From Clostridia bacterium (lineage in GTDB: Bacteria; Bacillota; Clostridia; UBA1212; DUPL01): a DNA stretch of 64,000 nucleotides. Positions 56,800 to 64,000 of the stretch are shown here, one piece after another (the first letter of the stretch is position 1; each line of letters begins with the position of its first letter). The notes beneath the pieces are model-generated. The model made no database searches and was not told where the DNA came from. It was given only the letters and a program-made list of their open reading frames with translations. Position numbers and translations under genes: made by a program. Location: the NCBI GenBank assembly GCA_050951325.1, contig JBMNIW010000012.1, positions 480,001 through 544,000 of the forward strand. Direction: 5' to 3'.

Positions 56800-57741
56800 T
56801 TATATTTTTGGAAGAGCTTGACTTTCTACACAAAAGAATCTGATAAGCGTTCTTTTGTATGTATACACACCGTACACTCTATTGCCCTCGGCTATGACTG
56901 AAGGGTAGGAAAACTCTCCCTCTCCATCCTCCAGAGTTAACTCATGCTTGAAAGTTAACCCTTTATCATAACTTGCAAGCAATGACAAAGGAGATCTGCC
57001 TGCTTCAACAGGATTGCATGCAAGTACCAGCATATCACTTTTTATTTTTACCAAATCCAAACCGCTGTTGTTGTTCGGTATGTTAATTGGATATGCCTTG
57101 CACCAGGTAAGGCCATTGTCTTTGGAATTGCTTCTGAAAATTCTTTGCCTGTTGGAACGCATAAGCATGTGCAGCCCGCTGGAATCTTCCCATATTGAAG
57201 GCTGTATAAGATTTGTCTTTTCATCTGGAGAAGGAACAATATTGCCCTTTGTCCACGTCTTTCCCCTGTCTTTGGATATGTCAACAAAACACTTCCACTG
57301 ACCAATTTCTGTAGAAGCAGGAGCAACCAGCCATCCGTTGCTAAGGTAAATGGGCTTGTTTTTTACAGGACCTCTCCCGCCAATATCATCATTGCAGAGT
57401 CTTTCTGGCAAGGTCCATGTTCTCCCGTAATCTTTTGATTTGGTTATAAAGGTCATCCATGAAGCAATTGTTTTACCTGATTTGTAAAACAAAAGGAGCT
57501 CGTTGCCGTTGTTGAACAAAACAGGATTCCAATGTGGCAGCCCATCATCTAGAGAAACGCAAAGTGGCTTTTCCCATTTGTTGTTTATCCTAACTGAGAC
57601 ATATATTCTTACATCATCTTTTCCTTCTTCAGTACCGCCAAACCATGCTGCCACAAAACCATCATCAGTTTTTGCCAAAGTTGATGCATGGCAGGACGGT
57701 GTATTCTTTTCAAAAATGTTTTCCTTAAACAGAAGTTTCAC
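56800..57741 (-). CDS. BNR/Asp-box sialidase-like beta-propeller protein
   Basis: CHASTL, WFGGTEEG, WNPVLF, GPVKNKP, Asp boxes SKDYGRTW, SKDRGKTW, SKDNGLTW, SYDKGLTF; FSYPS; GTG start after GGGAGG. Confidence 0.8.
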   Translation of the reverse strand: MKLLFKENIFEKNTPSCHASTLAKTDDGFVAAWFGGTEEGKDDVRIYVSVRINNKWEKPLCVSLDDGLPHWNPVLFNNGNELLLFYKSGKTIASWMTFITKSKDYGRTWTLPERLCNDDIGGRGPVKNKPIYLSNGWLVAPASTEIGQWKCFVDISKDRGKTWTKGNIVPSPDEKTNLIQPSIWEDSSGLHMLMRSNRQRIFRSNSKDNGLTWCKAYPINIPNNNSGLDLVKIKSDMLVLACNPVEAGRSPLSLLASYDKGLTFKHELTLEDGEGEFSYPSVIAEGNRVYGVYTYKRTLIRFFCVESQALPKI

Positions 57742-57880
57742 CTTGAGAGGCCTCCCTATAATTGATATCAATAATATACCACAGAAACACAACTATTTGG
57801 TCCGAGTAATTAAATCAGATGACCGAAAGGGAAAATAAATATATAATATTAGTATAGTGTTTTTTATAAGGGTGATTTTT

Positions 57881-58162
57881 GTGATAATAGGCAGTGTTAT
57901 TGTGAAAATATATGTACCAAGTGTCCATTCACTGAAGGAGAAAAGAACGATTGTAAAGAGTCTCGTAACCAAGGTTAAAAACAAGTTTAACGTTTCAATT
58001 GCTGAAGTAAGTGAAAACGATACCCACCAGACTATTGTATTGGGATTTGCCTGCGTTACTATATCAACAAAGCATGCAAACAGTATTATAGATACCGTTA
58101 TCAATTTCATTGAAAACAATACAGAGGGTGATATAGTCGATATTGTTCGTGAAATCCTATAA
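57881..58162 (+). CDS. DUF503 (YlxP-like) protein
   Basis: HSLKEKR, KFNVSIAEV..ND.HQ..LG. Confidence 0.88.
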   Translation: MIIGSVIVKIYVPSVHSLKEKRTIVKSLVTKVKNKFNVSIAEVSENDTHQTIVLGFACVTISTKHANSIIDTVINFIENNTEGDIVDIVREIL

Positions 58163-58232
58163 ATTTTATTTTTTGTTATATTAATGATATAATGTAAGAG
58201 TAGTCTAACTTTTATTGATTGGAGGAAATGCG

Positions 58233-59267
58233 ATGAAAAAGAAAATAGCATTTTTTGATACAAAAGCATACGATAAACATTTCTTCGATATGTACAATAA
58301 CGGAGAATTTGAGATACAATACTTTGAAAGCAAACTGAACAAGCATACTGCCGAGATGACGAAGGGATACGATGCGGTATGTGCCTTTGTCAATGATGAT
58401 ATAAATGCGGACGTCATCGACGTCCTTTATGAAAACGGCATTGGTCTTGTTGCGTTAAGGTGTGCAGGGTACAACAATGTCGACATTAAGCATGCATACA
58501 AAAGGGTACATGTAACACGTGTACCTTCATATTCTCCTAATGCAGTTGCGGAACATGCTATGGCGCTTCTTCTTACGTTGAACCGCAAAATACACAGGGC
58601 ATACAACAGGACTAGGGAACATAATTTCAGTCTTGAAGGTCTTACAGGCTTTGATTTGTACGGAAAGACTGTAGGCGTTATTGGTACAGGCAAGATAGGC
58701 AGAGCCTTTGCCAACATATGCAAGGGGTTTGGAATGAAGGTTGTTGCATATGACCTGTATCCGGCTCCAGATGCGGATTTTGAGTACAAGACCCTGGATG
58801 AAATATTTAAAGAGGCGGATATCATATCACTTCACTGCCCGCTAAACGAAGAGACAAGACATATGATAAATGATGAGTCTCTGGGCAAGATGAAGGACGG
58901 AGTAGCAATTATCAACACTTCAAGAGGACAACTTATAGATACACAAGCATTGATAAGAGCAATAAAATGTGGGAAAGTGGGAATGGCTGGTCTCGATGTA
59001 TACGAGGAAGAATCAGAGTTTTTCTATGAGGACCATTCCAATAACATACTTCAGGATGACGCACTGGTCACTCTCATATCCATGCCAAATGTAATTGTTA
59101 CTTCCCATCAGGCGTTCTTGACCAAGGAAGCATTGCAGGCAATTGCACAAACCACGCTAAAGAACATGCGCGACTATTTTGACGACAAGGTTCTTGTCAA
59201 TGAAATTTGCTACAGATGTGAAGAGTACGGAATATGCGACATGGGGCACACAAAAAACTGCTTTTAA
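58233..59267 (+). CDS. ldhA: D-lactate dehydrogenase-like 2-hydroxyacid dehydrogenase
   Basis: AVCAFVND, LRCAGYNNVD, VPSYSPNAVAEH, GTGKIG, SLHCPL, LDVYEEE, TSHQAFLT. Confidence 0.85.
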   Translation: MKKKIAFFDTKAYDKHFFDMYNNGEFEIQYFESKLNKHTAEMTKGYDAVCAFVNDDINADVIDVLYENGIGLVALRCAGYNNVDIKHAYKRVHVTRVPSYSPNAVAEHAMALLLTLNRKIHRAYNRTREHNFSLEGLTGFDLYGKTVGVIGTGKIGRAFANICKGFGMKVVAYDLYPAPDADFEYKTLDEIFKEADIISLHCPLNEETRHMINDESLGKMKDGVAIINTSRGQLIDTQALIRAIKCGKVGMAGLDVYEEESEFFYEDHSNNILQDDALVTLISMPNVIVTSHQAFLTKEALQAIAQTTLKNMRDYFDDKVLVNEICYRCEEYGICDMGHTKNCF

Positions 59268-59377
59268 ATATTTCTAGTTCTTTTTTATGCAATTGTTTGG
59301 TATTATTTAGAATATAATATACTACTTAACGAAATTTATGGTATAATTAGTTTACCAACCTTGGCGGAGGTTTTATT

Positions 59378-60922
59378 ATGACAAACAAAAAGCAGATAAA
59401 CAACGCATTGAAACCATATTTTAAAAGGCTTACGAAGGAGTCTTTCCTCAAAGCTTTAATAATTGGCATGATTGCAGGAGCGGTTGTGGGGCTTGTGATA
59501 CTTGCTCTATCCCATGTACTGCCAATCAAGATATTCTTCTGGCATGCTCTTGTTGGATTCCTTATTTCATCGGCTGCAGCGATAATTATTGCATACAATC
59601 TCTTGAAACCAAATGTACACAAAGTGGCAGCCAGAGTGGATGGCCTTGGTCTAAACGAGAAGGTTCAGACCATGCTTGAGTTGCAGGATGAAGAGGGTAC
59701 TTTTGCAAGAGTGCAAAGGGAAGACGCTATAAACACTCTTACAACTTTGCCTCCAAGACTTTTGAAGCTGGGTTTTCCCAAAAGGCTTGCTGCAGTTTGC
59801 GTTGCACTCATGGTCGCATTCTCACTTATTGGTTTTCTACCCAATGAGCACAGACAGGAACTTTTGGAAAAAGAAAAGCAGTTGTTGGAAGAACTGGAGA
59901 AAGTAGAAGATCTTCTTGAAAAGCTGGAAGAGGAAATTGAGGAGGCTGACCTTTCTCCGGAATTAAAGGAGGAGGTAATGGAGATTGTGGAGGAGCTCAA
60001 GGAGAAGCTGAAGAGTGAGAAATCAACCAGCAAGAAACTATCCGCAATCAATGAAGCCAAAGAAAAGTTTGAGGAACTTTTAAAAAAAGCCAAGGAACTA
60101 GAACTTGAAGACATATCAGACTCCTTGAAAGAAAATGATAATACCAAGGAGCTTGGTGAGGCCATTGAGGAAGGCGATACTGAAAAAGTAAAAGAGGAAC
60201 TTGATGAGATTCTTGAAGATATTAAGGACTTAGAGGAGAATGAGCTGTCGGAGAAGCTGCAGGAGCTTGCAGAATCCTTCGAGAATGCTTCCGAAAATGC
60301 ATCCAATGACCTTAAGGAATCCATGAAAGAACTGGCCAATAAGCTTAAGGAAGCTGCTGAAAAGGGCGAAATTGACATGTCAGAATTGGAAGATATGTTT
60401 GATGAGCTAGGCGAGAAACTTGAAGAGGCAATGACTGGCGAAGGCACGGAAATTGATAATATTGACCAGCTTCTTGAAGACTTGAAAAAAGTTCAGTCTG
60501 AAAGCGAAAATCCTGGAGAGAATCAGGACGGAAGCAAGGGCAAAAGCGAAGGCCAAAATGAAGGAGAAGGAGAAGGTGAAGGAGAAGGGCAGGATCAAGA
60601 TGGAGGTGAAGGCAAAGGAGGAGAAGGAAATGGCTCTGGCGCCGGAAAGGGAGAAGGAAAGGAAACCAAGGAAGATGTAAGCATCTATGATCCTTCACTG
60701 ATTGGAGGAGACGGCAAAGACGAATACGTGCCTGGCAAAAAGGACGAGAACGGAAACGTACAGAAAATTGAGCTGGGAGAAGCTGAGTTGAAAGAGGGCA
60801 CCGTACCGTATGATGAAGTCTTCCAGGACTATTTGAACAAGGCAAGGCAGGCAATTGAAAGAGAAAGTGTTCCCGATGATATCAGGAGTTTAATAGAAAA
60901 ATATTTTTCATCACTTGAGTAA
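59378..60922 (+). CDS. Membrane-anchored acidic coiled-coil protein associated with the MoxR cluster
   Basis: Three TM segments, a long E/K/L-rich helical region, a G/E low-complexity linker, C-terminal VPY..V..DY...VP......IEKYFSSL. Confidence 0.75.
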   Translation: MTNKKQINNALKPYFKRLTKESFLKALIIGMIAGAVVGLVILALSHVLPIKIFFWHALVGFLISSAAAIIIAYNLLKPNVHKVAARVDGLGLNEKVQTMLELQDEEGTFARVQREDAINTLTTLPPRLLKLGFPKRLAAVCVALMVAFSLIGFLPNEHRQELLEKEKQLLEELEKVEDLLEKLEEEIEEADLSPELKEEVMEIVEELKEKLKSEKSTSKKLSAINEAKEKFEELLKKAKELELEDISDSLKENDNTKELGEAIEEGDTEKVKEELDEILEDIKDLEENELSEKLQELAESFENASENASNDLKESMKELANKLKEAAEKGEIDMSELEDMFDELGEKLEEAMTGEGTEIDNIDQLLEDLKKVQSESENPGENQDGSKGKSEGQNEGEGEGEGEGQDQDGGEGKGGEGNGSGAGKGEGKETKEDVSIYDPSLIGGDGKDEYVPGKKDENGNVQKIELGEAELKEGTVPYDEVFQDYLNKARQAIERESVPDDIRSLIEKYFSSLE

Positions 60923-61920
60923 TGGAGGACTTTATGATAACTGAAAAAGACATATACGGTTTTCATGATTTGGTGGGCAAAATCTCTAAAGAGATAGCCA
61001 AAGACATGGTTGGTCAGACGGATGTTATTGAAGGCGTACTTATTGCTATGATTTCCGGTGGAAATATTCTTCTTGAAGGTGTTCCCGGACTTGGAAAAAC
61101 GAGACTTGTGAGGACAATAGGCAGAGTTTTTGATTTGCCTTTTTCAAGAATACAGTTTACCCCGGATTTGATGCCTGCGGACGTGGTTGGTACGAATATT
61201 GTTGTAAAGGATGAAATGGGAAATTCGGTATTTAAATTCCAACCAGGACCGATATTCAGCAACATTGTGCTTGCAGACGAGATAAATAGGGCCACTCCGA
61301 AAACCCAATCCGCACTTCTTGAGGCAATGCAGGAGCATACTGTAACTGTTGGTGGAGTGTCAAGAAAACTTGATGAACCTTTCTTTGTTTTGGCCACCCA
61401 GAACCCTATTGAGCAGGAAGGCACTTACCCTTTGCCTGAAGCACAGATGGACAGGTTTATGTTTAAACTGCTTGTGAAGTTCCCATCTCCTGATGAACTT
61501 ACTAATATAGTTAGAATGACACAGAAGAAAAATGACGAAACTGCAGACAAGGTGGCAACAGGCGAGGATATTTTGAAACTTAGGGAAGTGGCAAGAGGTG
61601 TCCCTGTTGCAGACCCTGTAATGGACTATGCCATGAGACTTATAACTAGGACGCATCCTGATCTGGATGAAGGGGCTCCAAGCAGCAAGAAGTATTTGAG
61701 ATTCGGAGCAAGTCCAAGAGGTGCGCAAGCCTTGATTTCAGGAGCAAAAGTAAGGGCTCTTATGAATGGAAGGTACAATGTTTCATTTGAAGATATAGAG
61801 GTGCTCAGCTATTCTGTCTTAAGACACAGAATAGCGCTGAATTTTGAAGCCATGACTGAAGGTTTGACCAGCGACATGGTAATAGAGAGAATTATCAGCG
61901 AGACCGGCAGGGGCGTTTGA
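60922..61920 (+). CDS. MoxR-family AAA+ ATPase
   Basis: GVPGLGKT, RIQFTPDLMPAD, LADEINRATPKTQSALLEAMQE, ATQNPIEQEGTYPLPEAQMDRF, GASPR. Confidence 0.96.
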   Translation: MEDFMITEKDIYGFHDLVGKISKEIAKDMVGQTDVIEGVLIAMISGGNILLEGVPGLGKTRLVRTIGRVFDLPFSRIQFTPDLMPADVVGTNIVVKDEMGNSVFKFQPGPIFSNIVLADEINRATPKTQSALLEAMQEHTVTVGGVSRKLDEPFFVLATQNPIEQEGTYPLPEAQMDRFMFKLLVKFPSPDELTNIVRMTQKKNDETADKVATGEDILKLREVARGVPVADPVMDYAMRLITRTHPDLDEGAPSSKKYLRFGASPRGAQALISGAKVRALMNGRYNVSFEDIEVLSYSVLRHRIALNFEAMTEGLTSDMVIERIISETGRGV

Positions 61921-61921
61921 T

Positions 61922-62803
61922 ATGAGTGGAACACTTTTTGATGAAGGCTTCATGTCGAAGCTTGAAAACATGTCCCTGCACTTTAAAAATGCTGTTAACA
62001 GCGTTTACACAGGCGGAAGGCGTTCCAAATCCCATGGTAGCACTGTAGAGTTCTCGGACTTCCGGGAATATACTCCAGGAGATGATTACAGAAGGATAGA
62101 TTGGAATGCTTATGCAAGATTTGAAAAATTTTTTATAAAGCTCTATCTGGATGAAAAACAGCTACATACAAGGATACTGCTTGATACTTCAAAGTCAATG
62201 GATTTTGGCGAGCCAAACAAAGGTTTTCTTGCCAAGAGGCTTGCCGCAGCTTTTGCATACATGGCAATAGGCTCATTGGACAGAGCTTCCATATATTCCG
62301 TTTCTGAGCATATGGAGCATGTATGTTCTGGCATTGAAGGGCGAAATGCCTTTTACAAGTCTCTTGAAAGGCTTGCGGCAGTTCCTTTCAAAGGTGAATC
62401 CAGGCTGTTTGAATGTGTCAAGGATATTAGGAACATATATCGCGGGGATGGAGCTGCGATAATAATATCTGATCTTCTAACAGACAGCGATTACAAGGCG
62501 ATGATAGACTATCTTCTGTATTACAAACAGCAGATAATACTTGTCCACATATTGTCACCGGACGAATTAAACCCCCAGTACAGTGGAAGGGTAAGACTTT
62601 TGGACAGCGAGGGTAATGATTACAGGGACCTTGATATTACTCCAAGGACTTTGGATTTGTACAAAAGGACTTTAAGGAGCTTTATGGATGATATTGCATC
62701 TTTTTGTGCAAAGCGTGGAGTGTATCTGTTGCAGATATCCAGTGATGAAAGCCTTGAGAGCATATTGCTGGGTAAAGGTCATAGTCTGGGAATAATAAGC
62801 TGA
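61922..62803 (+). CDS. DUF58 domain protein
   Basis: GSTVEFSDFREYTPGDDYRRIDWN, LLDTSKSM, IISD. Confidence 0.92.
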   Translation: MSGTLFDEGFMSKLENMSLHFKNAVNSVYTGGRRSKSHGSTVEFSDFREYTPGDDYRRIDWNAYARFEKFFIKLYLDEKQLHTRILLDTSKSMDFGEPNKGFLAKRLAAAFAYMAIGSLDRASIYSVSEHMEHVCSGIEGRNAFYKSLERLAAVPFKGESRLFECVKDIRNIYRGDGAAIIISDLLTDSDYKAMIDYLLYYKQQIILVHILSPDELNPQYSGRVRLLDSEGNDYRDLDITPRTLDLYKRTLRSFMDDIASFCAKRGVYLLQISSDESLESILLGKGHSLGIIS

Positions 62804-62818
62804 TTAATGGAGAGTGCT

Positions 62819-64000
62819 ATGAGTTTTATAAACCCCTGGGGTTTGATTTCATTCATATCAATACCAATATTAATAGTCCTGTATATTTTAAAACAGCAGC
62901 ACAGCGAGCATGTGGTGTCCAGCACATATTTGTGGAAAAAAACGGAAATGTTTATGCAGGCATCCACTCCCTGGCAGAAGCTGAGAAAGAACCTTCTGTT
63001 TTTTCTTCAGCTATTAATGCTTTTATTTTTGTCTCTCGCCATATCGCGACCTGTAATACTTAGTGAAGCCCTTGACGAGGATTTTATAGTAATCATAGAT
63101 ACTTCCGCCAGCATGCGAGCAGAAGATGTATCCCCAAACAGGTTTGAATATTCCAAAAAAGAGATATTAAGGCTGGTGAATGGTCTTTTGCCAGGCCAGA
63201 AAATGAGCCTTATTGAAGCAGGCAACACCGTAACGCTTCTTGTATCCAGGTCCGACAATAAACAGGTGCTGAGAGAAGCCTTGGAAAAACTGGAATGTGG
63301 GTATTCGGATGCAAATATTGACGGTGCTTATTCTCTTGCCGACAGTATTATAAAGGAGAGTAACACCAGCAAGGTAATATTGTACTCAGACAAGGATTAT
63401 GAGGACAGTGGCAATTTGAGCATTGTAAATGTGGCAAAATCAAGAGAAAATGTGGCAATCACCCAAGCCACTGCCGCATATGTTGACGACAGCTATACGG
63501 TGATGTCGACAGTAGTTAACTACGGAAGTGACAAAAGCGTTACATTGGAGCTATATGTCGATGACAGGCTGGTGGATGCAAAAACCGTACTATGCGAAAA
63601 GGAAAAACCCGTTCACACATACTGGAGAAACATATCGCAGGAAGCAGGCTTTGTGAAAATAAAGATTACGGAGAAGGATGTATTGCCCATAGACAATGAA
63701 GCTTATGCGGTATTGTCCAAGAATGAAAGACAAAAGATTTTGCTAGTAAGTGAGGAAAGCTATTTTATAGAAAAAGTGCTGCAGGCAATCGGAAATTTTG
63801 ACATATACAAAACAACAAAGGACAAGGCGGAAAGTCAAAAGGGCTTTGATTTATATATCTATGACGGATTTGTACCGAGCAGCTTTCAGAATGATGGAAA
63901 CGTATGGGTTATAAACCCTACCAGGAGCTTTCTGGGATTGTCCCTTGGTGATTTAATTAAGGGAAGCGCATTGGATTCTGTTGAAACATTTTCAGGGAAG
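62819..64000 (+). CDS. BatA-like N-terminal TM plus vWA domain protein; 3'-truncated and absent from the ORF track
   Basis: Translates MSFINPWGLISFISIPILIVLYILK...SSTYLW...PWQKLRKN; MIDAS motif IIDTSASM; appears to run off the window end. Confidence 0.88.
   Translation, partial: MSFINPWGLISFISIPILIVLYILKQQHSEHVVSSTYLWKKTEMFMQASTPWQKLRKNLLFFLQLLMLLFLSLAISRPVILSEALDEDFIVIIDTSASMRAEDVSPNRFEYSKKEILRLVNGLLPGQKMSLIEAGNTVTLLVSRSDNKQVLREALEKLECGYSDANIDGAYSLADSIIKESNTSKVILYSDKDYEDSGNLSIVNVAKSRENVAITQATAAYVDDSYTVMSTVVNYGSDKSVTLELYVDDRLVDAKTVLCEKEKPVHTYWRNISQEAGFVKIKITEKDVLPIDNEAYAVLSKNERQKILLVSEESYFIEKVLQAIGNFDIYKTTKDKAESQKGFDLYIYDGFVPSSFQNDGNVWVINPTRSFLGLSLGDLIKGSALDSVETFSGK

Noticed and set aside
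59665-60447. 260-aa Ser-rich minus-strand ORF
   Set aside because: Antisense mirror of the Glu/Lys-rich coiled-coil gene

Overview
A gene-dense, low-GC chromosomal segment, most likely from an anaerobic Firmicute (Clostridia-like), judged from PolC, the frr-uppS-cdsA-dxr-rseP-ispG-polC block and spore-associated genes. About 57 CDSs, one tRNA-Arg(CCT) and two apparently disrupted genes are visible. Core genes are the frr..polC block, asnS, prs, pncB, dcd and an aroF-tyrA-aroB-aroA-aroC-pheA operon. These are interleaved with many carbohydrate genes: FucI, GH2, GH20, two GH99/GH71-like proteins, a BNR sialidase-like protein, ribulokinase, lectin-like lipoproteins and two AraC regulators. A MoxR-DUF58-vWA cluster runs off the right edge. 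I saw no integrase, transposase, CRISPR array or rRNA. The most notable observations are: (1) a PolC that cleanly lacks its 3'-5' proofreading exonuclease insert while keeping intact PHP motifs; (2) a tightly coupled, uncharacterised redox operon (Fe-S Old Yellow Enzyme, SDR, orphan SdhA-like flavoprotein, 2-hydroxyacid dehydrogenase, TIM-barrel isomerase) downstream of a GH99-like hydrolase with a candidate operator; (3) a short structured non-T-box leader on the aro operon; (4) a catalytically dead CpsB-like PHP protein. All family assignments come from motif recognition by eye, with no database searches.
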